A stretch of 64,000 bases of DNA from Macrostomum hystrix (taxonomy: Eukaryota; Animalia; Platyhelminthes): assembly GCA_950097015.1 (NCBI GenBank), contig CATNEN010000041.1, forward strand, positions 2,418,001 to 2,482,000, read 5' to 3'. The notes below the pieces were generated by a model that did not search any database, was not told where the DNA came from, and was given only the letters and a program-made list of their open reading frames with translations. The first letter of the stretch is position 1, and each line of letters opens with the position of its first letter. Both the position numbers and the translations under genes were made by a program. Positions 37,701 to 49,384 of the stretch are shown here, piece by piece.

Positions 37701-40700
37701 CAATGGAATTTCGGAACAGTAAAATTTCGGAACAGTGGAATTTCGGAACAGTGGAATTTCGGAACAATAGAATTTCGGAACAGTGGAATTTCGGAACAGT
37801 GGAATTTCGGAGCAGAGGAATTTCGGAACAGTGGAATTTCGGAACAGTGGAATTTCGGAACAAGGGAATTTCGGAACAGTGGAATTTCGGAACAGTGGAA
37901 TTTCGGAGCAGAGGAATTTCGCAACAAGGGAATTTCGGAACAGTATAATTTCGGGGCAGTAGAATTTCGGTAATTATGGGAAATTTAGTGACATCTAGTT
38001 ATATGAGATTGAATAGATTAATTCTAGGAAAGCGAGTCATGGAAAAACAGAATTCGGAGAAAGTGCCATAGACAGGAGTCTCTAGTCTTGTTGCTAGGCA
38101 AAAGTATTCTAAGCAAGAGGCCTGGAGTTCTAATCTCAAAATTTGCGCCCTTAAGCAATAGGCTGCTTGAATGCCTCATTTGCTGCAGTTCTCACAGCAG
38201 TGGAGCAGGAATAAAAGGCGGGTGGACTTAGTGGCTTGCTATGTCCATGGACTGAATCAAAAGCGAATTTATTTTGAATTTTGTTTCTTTTTCAGAAAAA
38301 AATCTTCCACGAAAAGCTGGAAATCCAGACAGGCAGCAAGATCAACTCGCTGCAGAACCAGGACTACCAGCCAGGTCCGAGCCGATCCACTTTCTAAGAA
38401 AGCTACCCGCATCGTCATCCACGATTTGACATGCCGAATTCCTCCCTTCCTCACTCGCAGGCGGCGGCGACAAGCCCATATTCAGCGAGAAGCTCGCCTT
38501 CCAGAAGGAGGCCAGGCCGAAGGTCGGCTCCTTGGAGAACGCCGACTACAGGCCACGCGGAGGTGACAAGAAGGTGAGGCGAATATGCACGTGTACTTTT
38601 AGGCGGATGGCTTTTCTAGGAAATTAAAATTTTTGTACCGAATAAACTTGACACCATAGTTTTGTTAACAATCTACTTAGTTTTTACTCCCGATGACGTC
38701 ATCAACTCAGGACATTGGCAGCGAAGGTTCGTGAGCACTCCTTTTATATTCTACTCGAAGCACTGCTCTGCACTTGTATTGTGCACTTTCTAGTTGTCCA
38801 ATTTGAGTTTTTCTGTTGAGTGTATGCACGTACAACTAGTGTGGTCACACAGGCTGTACACTAGTGTGGTCACACAGGCTGCACACTAGTGTGGTGACAC
38901 AGGCTGTACACTAGTGTGGTGACACAGGCTGTACACTAGTGTGGTGACACAGGCTGCACACTAGTGTGGTCACACAGGCTGTACACTAGAGTGGTCACAC
39001 AGGCTGTACACTAGTGTGGTCACACAGGCTGCACACTAGTGTGGTGACACAGGCTGTACACTAGTGTGGTGACACAGGCTGTACACTAGTGTGGTGACAC
39101 AGGCTGTACACTAGTGTGGTCACACAGGCTGTACACTAGAGTGGTGACACAGGCTGTACACTAGTGTGGTGACACAGGCTGTACACTAGTGTGGTGACAC
39201 ATGCTGTACACTAGAGCATTGTGTTTCAGTTTAACCAGCTGAATGGTTACCGGCATTGGCTTGGGTAGAAATTCGGTTAGGTGTGTCAGCCTCTCTGTCC
39301 ATGGACTGAACAGTTGTACACAGGCATTGAAATCCATCCCTATTTCTCTCTATTGTAATTTCTATCCCTATCTATCGATGTATCTATGCGTGTACATGAT
39401 TATACTGGGTGTACGGAAGTGTGTACAAGGTAATGTACAATAAAAGCTGTTCAGAAGCGCATTAGAGGTTGCTATACATGAACCATGAGCCATACATGCC
39501 CCATGTTGCCATAGTCCCGAATCTAAAGTGCAAAGTCTCGCCGTCTCCGCGCGCCCTGAAGGTGTTCCAGCAGAGAGTGCAGTGGAATGCGCAGCCGAAG
39601 GTCGGCTCACTAGACAACGCCACCCACCAGCCAGGCGGTGGCGACAAGAAAGTAAAGCTTGCAGCCAATCAGCTGTGAATCAGCTGCGATTTGCTAAGCC
39701 ACAACATAACACTCCGACCTGCAGGCAGTTCTGTGGCTCTGGGATCTGGGACCACTGGAACCTGTCCTAACACACTGTGTGGCCTCAGCCTCATGGAATC
39801 CTTGGAGAGTCTGAACTCATCCAGCCTTCCAACCCACCTCATCCCATACTCCATCCCATCCTCCACCTCATCCCATCCTCCACCTCATCCTCCACATCAT
39901 TCCATACTCCATCCCATCCCATACTCCACCCCATCCCATACTCCACCTCATCCCATACTCCATCCCATCCCATACTCCACCTCATCCCATACTCCATCCC
40001 ATCCCATACTCTACCTCATCCCATACTCCACCCCATCCCATACTCCACCTCATCCTCCACATCATCCCATACTCCATCCCATCCTCCACCTCATCCCATA
40101 CTCCACCTCATCCCATCCTCCACCTCATCCCATACTCCACCTCATCCCATCCTCCACCTCATCCCATCCTCCACCTCATCCCATACTCCACCTCATCCCA
40201 TACTCCACCTCATCCCATCCTCCACCTCATCCCATCCTCCACCTCATCCCATCCTCCACCTCATCCCAACCTCCACCTCATCCCATCCTCCACCTCATCC
40301 CATACTCCACCTCATCCCATCCTCCACCTCATCCCATCCTCCACCTCATCCCATACTCCACCTCACCCAGTCTAATTATCCCCAAGGAATGAGGGAGAGT
40401 GCTCACATTGCGGTCAATGGTCTCGGATAATCCTTAACTACTGTACTCACAGAGCAACACAAAAACGTAGCTGATAACATATTATTGTAGACCTTCGTAG
40501 ACCTTCTCTTTCAAATTTTTGAGTACTTTATACGAGCCCGTAGCTGCAATTTGCTCACAATAGCCTGTAGCTGAGCACCTGTAGATTTACTTTAATTTTC
40601 CTCTCGTCAAGTGCATTACAAAACTGTAAATATTTTTCATAACTGTACTCTAAATGAAATCCCAGCCCTGATACGCAATACTCTTGACTGGCAGTTTGTG

Positions 40701-43168
40701 CACAGCGAGCGACTGCAGTGGACCGACAAGCCGGCGCTGAACACCAGGGAGAACATCGACTATCACAGCCGGCCCTCCAATGTGCGGGTGAGGCCGCCTG
40801 CCCGCCCGCCAGTCTCCGGGCTCTCAAGGCCCCGACATTTCCTGCTTCCAGATTTTTGTTGCACTTTCTGCGGAGTGAACTGAGCGCCGCTTTAAAGAGG
40901 CCCGCCTGCACTGCTCACTTGGAGCAATTTGATTTGCGAATATCCTGCAGCAACCGACTGCTCACTTACCCAATTGCTGCTTGTTCACACGCCAACCAAT
41001 CTTACGTTTTCTCCTCAGATCGAACTTAAATCCCAGCTTCCTTACAGAACTTTCCCCCATCTCCTCTTCCCCTCCCCTCCATTTCATCCCATCTCTCCAT
41101 CTCATCCCCTCGATCTCATCCCCTCGATCTCATCCCCTCCATCTCATCCCATCTCTCCATCTCATCCCATCTCTCCATCTCATCCCATCTCTCCATCTCA
41201 TCCCCGCCATCTCATCCTCTCCATCTCATCCCCTCTTTCCATTTCATCCCCTCCATCATATCCCACCTAACTCATTCATCCTACTCTGAATTAAACCCAT
41301 TAAGTCTAATCCTATCAAGTAAAGTGGAATTGCTATTAGCATATTCCAAAATTTCCATACCTGTCAGATATTTGGTTATTTTCCCTTCTACTTTCACCGT
41401 TTCTGCATCCCTCACCAAGGCCTCTAAATAACTCTATTACTGCCAGTCTCGATGAGCTCAAAATGCATCGAGAAATTTTGAGTATTGACTCGCGAATTGA
41501 CCCACCCGCCTAATAGTTTTGTGGCCGCTATTGTCCACACACTCGAGCAACAGATGGCACCAGCTAGGCAAACCAATAACTAACTTTGCAGTGCCCAGCT
41601 AACCAGCAACAGTAATGAACTTGTAGCATGCTTATCTAGCTGAAATCTAATGTAATTTCAATGTAAATGTAAATATAATAAAAAAAAATTTGAATAAAAA
41701 CTTATTGACTTCTAGAAAACCTCTGTCTTGTTCTCAACTCCCAGATAATCAGCAACCAAGTGGACTTCTCTGAGCGAGCTCAGCCCAAGGTCGGTTCGCT
41801 TGAGAACACGAGCTACGAGCCAAGGCCGTCAGGGGTTCGGGTGAGTCCGCTTTCCAGACTCAATTGGCACTGCTCAGACAGCTCAGGGATTGGCACTGCT
41901 CAGACAGCTCAGGGATTGGCACTGCTCAGACAGCTCAGGGATTGGCACTCCTCAGACAGCTCAGGGATTGAAACTCCTCAGACAGCTCAGGGATTGGCAC
42001 TCCTCAGACAGCTCAGGGATTGAAACTCCTCAAACAGCAGTGGACTCAGCTCGTGGACTCAGAGAGGGAATTAAGTTGCAATGGCTTAAACGACTGACGC
42101 CTTTTCATCCCACGAATGCAAAAGCAGTGCTCAAACCCCTGCCCCGACTGCCGATTGCCGCTGCTGGTGAGTCCGAGAAGCCAGGAAGCCAAGCACTCAA
42201 GCATGAGTTGGTACGGGCCCGCACTGGCTGGGGGTTTACTGCATGGGACTATAATTTAATGCACCATAGATCACTCTCCTATAGCACTGCACTCTTGGTT
42301 GTCACGTACCTTCACACCTCTGTGCATGCCCTGTTCCCGTTGAGCGCAACCTGACTCCATCAACCTATCAATCCTCTCCCTATCAAACTATCAATCCTCT
42401 CCCTATCAAACTATCAATCCTACCCCTATCAACCTATAAATCCCCTCTCTATCAACCTATCAATCCTCTCCCTATCAACATATAAATCCCCTCTCTATCA
42501 ACCTATCAATCCTCTCCATATCAACCTATCAATCCAGTCCATTAACCTGGAAATCCTGTCCCATCAACCTATCAATACAATCAGCAGTTTTGGTTCCCAG
42601 CCTTCCCAAAACCCAAAGCCTCGGCCCGCCCTCCGCCCCGGAAGGTGTACCACGAGAAGCTGCCCTGGCTGGAGCATGGCAGCAATCGGCCCCGGCTGCG
42701 CCGCAGCTCTGGCGAGCACTACCCTGGCGGCAGCTACGAGTCGCGGCGGGAGTTCGCTGAGGAGATGGAGGACCGGGCGAAGCGGCAGGATGGAGGTGGC
42801 ACTCGAAGGCAGCCGCAGAAGCCGCAGCGAGCGTCCAGCGAGGAGGCGGCTCAGCGGGCGGCGCTGCGCGAGCGCCAGCGTGAGTTCGCCCAGCGGACTG
42901 CGGCGGAGGCGGCGGCGAAGCCGGCCCCGACCCGGCAGCGCCGCCTGCCGAACGAGCGGGACCCGAAGCAGCCGGACCCGGCGGCCGAGGCGGCGGCGGC
43001 CGAGCGGAAGCGACGCCAGCAGCAGCTGCAAGAAGAGAAGGAGCGCCGGGAGCAGCGGGAGCGGCTGCAGCAGATTGAGCTGCAGAAGCAGAAAGAGCAG
43101 CAGCGGCAGCAGCAGGAACAAAAATTGCAGCAACAAAAGCAACTGGAGAAGCAGAGGCAGAAGGAGAG

Positions 43169-43200
<32 letters not shown>

Positions 43201-44717
43201 AGCAGCCTGGCAACGATTCAGAGGCCGCACAAAAGGCATCCGGTGCAAAAGCCGGGGGAGCGCCTAAAAAAGGAGCAGCCACGGCAGACACAGCGGGCCA
43301 GGACGGCATGGCCAAGAATAAGCAAAAAGTTGCGGCCAGCGGCCAGAAAGAAGCCAAGCAGCAGCAGAAGAAGACTACACCACAGCAGCAGCAGCAGCAG
43401 CAGCAGCAGCGGGAGCCAGACGAGTGGGAGTACGCACGGCACGAATTCGACCGGCCTAAGCAACCGCAGAAGAAGAAGAATCAGAAAAGCGGCAAGAAGG
43501 CGTCGCAGGAGGAGGAGGCCAGCTCTGCGGTGCCGCCGCTGTCGCTGCCGGACGAGGCTCAGCCGGATGAGGCAGGCGCAACCAGCCGCGGCGCCAAGGA
43601 CCTGTACAAAACGGAGGGCTACGCAAAGAGATTCGAGCTGGCGCCGACCTCCGTGACGAACCGCTCGCTGATCCTGGCGCCGCTGGAGAACTACCGGCAC
43701 GACTGGCACGAGGACGCCGAGGTGAAGGTGCGCATGGATGCCGAGGGCCGCCTGGTGCTGAAGTCGAACCGGAAGGTGCCGACCAGGCTGCCGCGCGTGG
43801 CCGAGGCCGACCCGCCGGCGCCCGCCACTTATGTGTCGTCCATCACCAAGAAAGAGCGGCAGTTGTACGACCCGAAGCCGAAGCTGGTGACAGGCGAGGA
43901 CCTCGGCCATCTGCTGCCCCGGCTGGAGAACCTGCTGGAGACGTCGGGCGCGCCCAAGAAGCACTACAGCCAGTACAGCGTGGCCAAGCGGCCGGTCCGG
44001 CAGCCGGTCTACGGCGAGACCATGCAGCGGCAGCGGGAGCGTGGCTACCGCGTCAACCCGGAGGGCGAGCGGGTGGCTCTGATCAGCTCCGACGACTACA
44101 ACAACCAGTTCTACTCGGAGGTTCGAGTTCGTGACGCCCAGTTGGAGCCGCGCACCACCGGCCAATATGCCAGGAACTTTGAGCAACAGCAGCAGCAGCA
44201 GCTGCCTTCGGAGCCGCAGCCAGACGAGCTGTCAGACCGGCTGATGCTGCAGCCGTCCGACCAACTGCCGCACTACCGGCCTGACGGCGACTCCCAGCCT
44301 CCGCCGGTTGGTGCAGCCTCCTCGCTGCTGCTAGACTACGGCGAGGACGAGGAGGGCGACGCGGCTACGGGGACAAACTCCTCTCAGGCTGGCGGCAGGG
44401 CGCAGCGGCGGCCTCGCCGATTCGTTAACTGGAAACCCGGAGAGGTACTGTACGCCACCGGCGAGCGGCCTGCCGCGGGCGGACCCTCTGGCGACGCAGC
44501 CGCAGCGGCCGCCTACTCGGAGAAGCTCAAGCGGCAGCGGCAGCAGCAGCAGCAGCAGCAGCACCAGGGCAAGGCAGGCGGCGCGGGCTTCTCCGGGCTG
44601 CACGAGCAGCGCAAAAACTGGTACCGGGACTACAACCAGCGCATGCTGGCCAGGGAGGGCAACGTTGAGAAAGTGTCCGAGAGGGACCTGCTGCAGACCA
44701 CATACGAGCTGTACTGA
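28752..44717 (+). CDS. tau: Tau/MAP2/MAP4-family microtubule-associated protein (about 1589 aa); join 28752..30609, 31861..31964, 33505..33691, 36155..36231, 38296..38374, 38461..38573, 39562..39651, 40695..40787, 41745..41840, 42645..44717
   Basis: Six Tau-type repeats: QPKVDDFNPDYRPGGGD, GSKINSLQNQDYQPGGGD, RPKVGSLENADYRPRGGD, QPKVGSLDNATHQPGGGD, KPALNTRENIDYHSRPSN, QPKVGSLENTSYEPRPSG. All junctions are GT-AG and phase-compatible (4770 nt). The repeat exons are high confidence; the first two joins are less certain. Confidence 0.8.
28970..29970 (+). repeat. Coding 30/33-bp minisatellite encoding (TDAKQKSA[A]GV)n, with a 312-bp higher-order duplication
   Basis: About 32 units; all indels are multiples of 3. 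It lies inside the 664-aa ORF that ends at a GTGAGC donor (30610). Confidence 0.85.
31400..31576. repeat. 44-bp tandem repeat x4
   Basis: TGTTTCCAGTCAGTTTATTATCTGATATTTTCAGTTTACTCACC. Confidence 0.95.
32647..32933. repeat. 35-bp minisatellite x8 containing the palindrome TAGTGCGCACTA
   Basis: Read directly. Confidence 0.95.
33710..35820. repeat. 18-bp minisatellite (ACTAGCACTGAATTCCCA) x about 117, most simply intronic in the tau-like gene
   Basis: It lies between donor 33692 and acceptor 36154, and splicing reconstitutes LPAD-W-VSPRAEEIQPKV. Confidence 0.95.
36256..37960. repeat. 16-bp minisatellite (GGAATTTCGGAACAGT) x about 105, intronic
   Basis: Non-triplet period, lying between tau repeat exons 1 and 2. 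Confidence 0.95.
38835..39214. repeat. 25-bp minisatellite x about 15 containing the palindrome ACACTAGTGT
   Basis: CACTAGTGTGGTGACACAGGCTGTA. Confidence 0.95.
39830..40366. repeat. Pyrimidine-rich roughly 17-bp minisatellite (CCATCCTCCACCTCATC), intronic
   Basis: Read directly. Confidence 0.9.
41055..41265. repeat. Degenerate pyrimidine-rich repeat (CCATCTCATC), intronic
   Basis: Read directly. Confidence 0.8.
41866..42035. repeat. 26-bp minisatellite x about 6
   Basis: GGCACTGCTCAGACAGCTCAGGGATT. Confidence 0.9.
42358..42580. repeat. 23-bp CTATCAATC-core minisatellite
   Basis: Read directly; related to the array at 45288-45935. Confidence 0.9.
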
Positions 44718-45287
44718 GGCCTCCTGTCCCTTCGCCAGTCCGTCTGTAATTCATGATCTCATTGATTGGCAAGCAGTAGCACCGTGCTCAAGAATCCACT
44801 CCCCCTGCCTAATCTTAATTTCTCTTCCAGCGGCTCAATCGAAAAATTTATCCTCAGCGACTGCGCAACTTCACCTGAGATTTTAATTCTGTTTTATTTT
44901 TCCTGCACTTCTCCGCCCGCCTTGCTGCACTGAAATTTAAAAAAGCTTTTTCTAACATTTCTTGTTATAGAATATTGACAATGTTTTATCATTCTACTAT
45001 CAGTTGTAGAGTAGTAGCTAACAACGAATTTTACTCACTTTTTGCATGTGGTTCTGGGAAAATATACAGTTTTTACTCAACCCATTTAACATTGTGAACT
45101 GACAATGCCGGTCTCTTGCCTCGGTGATTGGCTCATTGATTTGGTTGCTGCAAGCTTGAGCTGGGGCCAAGATTTTCGAGTAAGCTGCCTTTCACATGGC
45201 TCTAACGATTATTGATTGAGATTCGGTTTGTAGCGAAGCAGTCAATTTCCCAAATATTTATGCAAATGCATCTAACTCCGACTGCCT

Positions 45288-45935
45288 ATCAATCTAAACC
45301 CCAACCTCAATCAATCTAATCCCCACCCTCAATCAATCTAATCCCCACCTTCTATCAATCTAATCCCCACCCTCTATCAATCCAATCCCCACCCTCTATC
45401 AATCTAAACCCCACCCTCTATCAATCCAATCCCCACCCTCAATCAATCTAATCTCCACCCTCTATCAATCTAATCCCCACCCTCTATCAATCTAATCCCC
45501 ACCCCCTATCAATCTAATCCCCACCCTCTATCAATCCAATCCCCACCCTCTATCAATCTAAACCCCACCCTCAATCAATCTAATCCCCACCCTCTATCAA
45601 TCTAATCCCCACCCTCTATCAATCTAATCCCCACCCTCTATCAATCTAATCCCCACCCTCTATCAATCTAATCCCCACCCTCTATCAATCTAAACCCCAC
45701 CCTCAATCAATCTAATCCCCACCCTCAATCAATCTAATCCCCCCCTCTAATAATCTAATCCCCACCCTCACTCAATCTAATCCCCACCCTCAATCAATCT
45801 AATCCCCCCCTCTATCAATCTAATCCCCACCCTCTATCAATCTAATCCCCACCCTCTATCAATCTAATCCCCACCCTCTATCAATCTAATCCCCACCCTC
45901 TATCAATCTAATTTCCCCCCCAACCTATCAATCAA
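45288..45935. repeat. 22-bp CTATCAATC-core minisatellite (TCTAATCCCCACCCTCTATCAA)
   Basis: About 28 units. Confidence 0.95.
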
Positions 45936-46490
45936 ATCTCCATTAACCAGGAAACGGCAATCGACTGAGCATCGACTGAAGCAAAGGAGGAAGCGCAGCG
46001 TGGTCAGGACAATGAGCAGTTTAGCACTGACAGCCCGGCTGCTTGTGAAAGTCAAAGAATGCCTGCAGTTTAGGTCATTGCACATTGATACATTAAATAT
46101 ATATTATTTTAATGCTTTCAGAGGATCCTCTGTCTGTTACTTTTTATTTTCTAATTTCAACATCCTGAATTCTTCCTTCTCCTCATTGAGTGAGCGCCTC
46201 TGATAGCCAAATTTGCGTGACAACGTTGGCAAAATATACGAAAAATGACGCCTTCACGACAGTTGTGCGAAAAGCCATTTTTCCCTCATTAGCAAGGCTT
46301 CTGAGACAGGGAGGCGCCTGTCACCTGTCAGTCAATTTGACGAGCAATATGTCATCATCTTCCTGGAATTTTGAAGCGTTTAAACAAAAGTCGTATTCCG
46401 CGTTTGTGAAACTGCAATCTTTCTATTTTAATTGAAGCAAGACGACTGCATCTCAGAATCTGCTTCCGGGGGGGGGTTGCTCAGGCCTCT

Positions 46491-48820
46491 TCAAACCTGC
46501 AGCATGAGGCGCACGCTGGCCAGACCCTGCCTGTCTGAGGCCGCGGACCACATGGCCGCCCCCAGCTCCTCTCCCGCAGCCTCGCTGCTGCCGTTGCCAG
46601 CCGCCTCGACGCCCCAGATACCGTTGGGGTTGCAGCTGTAGCAGCTGTTGTACCACCAGCCTGCCAGGCCGTCCGCCTCAGAGCAGGACCCGTCAGCCAG
46701 CTGGTCATTGTCCCTGTCCCTGCTGGAGAACTGCATGCCGCGGTGCTGCGCCAGCGAGTCGTTGGCGCTGCTGGACGCCTCAGGCAGCAGCTGCTCGTAC
46801 GTCATGGCGAAGTTCTGGCTCGCGTTCGCCACCCGGAAGCCCGAGTACTCGAAGTGGAAGGCATCGCCTGTGGCCAGGCCCAGCTCCACGCGCAGCCTCC
46901 GCCCTCTCGGCTCGGTCAGCGAGTGCAGATGCCTCAGGCCTGGCAGTGCGGCCACCGCTGTTAGAGACAGACAGACAGCCAGACAGACAGACAGACAGAC
47001 AGGCAGACAGACAGACAGGCAGACAGACAGACAGGCAGACAGACAGAAAGGCAGACTCACCAATCCACCAGTTCTGCCCATTGCCGAATCCGATCTCATA
47101 GAGTCGCCATGGCATGTTGAACGCCACCTCAGAGCTGACGCGGCGTTGGAACACGCAGAATCGACGGCCATCCGCGACGGCCATCGGGCACAGACCTGCG
47201 CGACGGTTTGGACGGCAAATCGACAGAAAAGCCTTTGGCACACAGAAGACACTCCGTAAACTATCTTAACACTTTCCCTACCTTCCCCGACCAACCAGCC
47301 TACTACACTGACACCCTGTCCATTCCACTGACAACCTGTCCATTCCACTGACACCCTGTCCACTCCGCTGACACCTTGTCCAAACCACTGACACCCTGCC
47401 CACTCCACTGATACACTGAGCAAACTACTGACACCCTGTCCATTCCACTGACACCCTGTCCACTCCGCTGACACCTTGTCCAAACCACTGACACCCTGCC
47501 CACTCCACTGATACACTGAGAAAACTACTGACACCCTGTCCATTCCACTGACACCCTGTCCACTTCGCTGACACCTTGTCCAAACCACTGACACCCTGCC
47601 CACTCTACTGATACACTGAGCAAACTACTGACACCCTGTCCATTCCACTGACACCCTGTCCACTTCGCTGACACCTTGTCCAAACCACTGACACCCTGCC
47701 CACTCTACTGATACACTGAGCAAACTACTGACACCCTGTTCACTCCACTGACACCCTTTCCATTCCACTGACACCCTGTCCATTCCACTGACACCCTGCC
47801 ATCCCGCTTATCTGAAGGTCTCTCACTCGACAAGTCCAGCGCGCCTTCCGTGTCCAGCCAGCCGCCGCCGCCCAGGTAGGCGTTGGCCATGTGGCTCAGC
47901 TGGCACACGCCGGCCTGGAAGCTGAACTTCACGCATTGAGGCGCCGCAGCGCAGACGATGGCGCAGTCGGAATCCGACTGGCATCTGCTCTGAGTGAAAA
48001 TGTTCAGCGAGTCGTCGGCAAGAGCGGACCGCGACAGGCGGCTGAACACTCGGCGACTCTCTGCAGTTCAAGGGGGTCTGGGATGAGATCTGTGATGAGA
48101 TCTGTGATGAGATCTGGGATGAGATCTGGGATGAGACCTGGGATGAGTTCTGGTATGAGATCTGGGATGAGATCTGGGAAGAGATCTGGGATGAGACCTG
48201 GGATGAGTTCTGGTATGAGATCTGGGATGATCAAGATCCGTAACGGGATCAAGATTCGGAATGTAGTCAAGATTCGGAATGGGATCAAGATTCGGAATGT
48301 AGTCAAGATTCGGAATGGGGTCAAGATTCGGAATGGGATCAAGATTCGGAATGGGGTCAAGATTCGGAATGGGATCAAGATTCGGAATGTAGTCAAGATT
48401 CGGAATGGGATCAAGATTCGGAATGGGATCAAGATTCGGAATGGGATCAAGATTCGAAATGGGATCAAGATTCGGAATGGGGTCAAGATTCGGAATGGGA
48501 TCAAGATTCGGAATGGGATCAAGATTCGGAATGGGATCAAGATTCGGAATGGGGTCAAGATTCGGAATGGGATCATGATTCGGAATGGGATCAAGATTCG
48601 GAATGGGATCAAGATTCGGAATGGGGTCAAGATTCGGAATGGGGTCAAGATTCGGAATGGGATCAAGATTCGGAATGGGATCAAGATTCGGAATGGGGTC
48701 AAGATTCGGAATGGGGTCAAGATTCGCGGTCTCACCTCTGCCGCTGAAGCCAGTGTGGCAGCCCGTCAGTGTCAGGAGGGCAGCGAGTGTTGCGGCAGTC
48801 GCGATTGCCATGGCGTCCAT
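46491..48820 (-). CDS. Secreted PAN/apple + fibrinogen-related domain (FReD) protein, about 300 aa; complement join 48736..48820, 47827..48060, 47061..47195, 46491..46939
   Basis: All junctions are phase 1 (903 nt). Signal peptide MAIATAATLAALLTLTGC; PAN-like CQSDSDCAIVC...CVKFSFQAGVCQL; FReD hallmarks VFQRR, W..YEIGFG, WWIGLRHLHSLT, MQFSSRDRDND, GWWYNSCYSCNPNG. Confidence 0.9.
47295..47790. repeat. Complex 20-bp-based minisatellite in FReD intron 2
   Basis: CACTCCACTGACACCCTGTC variants in a higher-order block. Confidence 0.9.
48083..48726. repeat. Compound array in FReD intron 1: 12-bp (GATGAGATCTGG) then 18-bp (CGGAATGGGATCAAGATT) units
   Basis: Read directly; the 18-bp part starts a few bases from the minus-strand donor. 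Confidence 0.95.
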
Positions 48821-49384
48821 TTTCTCCCAGCCCGAGTTGCAGCCCCATTGCCTGTCTATTATCCCTTGACTGCAGCCGCATTCCTGAGACAGATTTCTAG
48901 CCAATAAGAAAACTTTAAAAGCCTTGACTAGCAAACAAGAGCAGTTAGATGCTGGCACCTGCCGTGTCCGAACTTACCCAGCATTGTTATTATCCTAAAG
49001 TTTATCGATTTTGTCCATGATCAAGTACCAGTAGCTGGGATTTAAATTTTCACAGCAAATATTTCGAGCCAAAGAACTGGATTGACTGTGTAACCAGCTT
49101 CACTGCAGCCCGCAGGCAAACACTGGGATACTGCAGAACTGGGTGCAATAGAAATTCAAACCCAACACACTTCACTGCCTACGGGTCACAGTGGGTTATT
49201 CATCATGGTGTTTTGATAAGCCCACATCCTCTGTCCCACATCCCATGGCACACGGAATCACAGATTTAGGCATTGAATGATTGATTACATCTTCAAATGA
49301 CTGATTCCACACTTTAATGACCTACTCGATCCCTGAATGGCCAATTCCATACTTTAATGACCAATTATATCCCCGAATGACAGA

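Noticed and set aside
33117-37973. Very long ORFs on both strands (LVGNSV, EFSASW, NSQLAL, FRNSTVPKFHCSEIPL repeats)
   Set aside because: These are stop-free frames of the 18- and 16-bp arrays. The 16-bp period is non-triplet and real tau exons splice across both arrays. Only the in-frame TSTEFP reading is kept as an open question.
38711-38730. 20-nt internal microexon (ctcag|...|gtgagc) in the tau-like gene
   Set aside because: It would frameshift the repeats; only the terminal-exon reading is mentioned in the findings.
45288-45935. Telomere-like CTAATCCCC motif
   Set aside because: A 22-bp unit, not (TTAGGG)n; it belongs to the CTATCAATC family.
48228-48726. Third 18-bp array open in the adjacent exon's frame (signal peptide + NLDPIP repeats)
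   Set aside because: Each of the three 18-bp arrays has 2 of 3 frames open, so the coincidence has probability of about 0.3; normal splicing gives a complete PAN-FReD protein.
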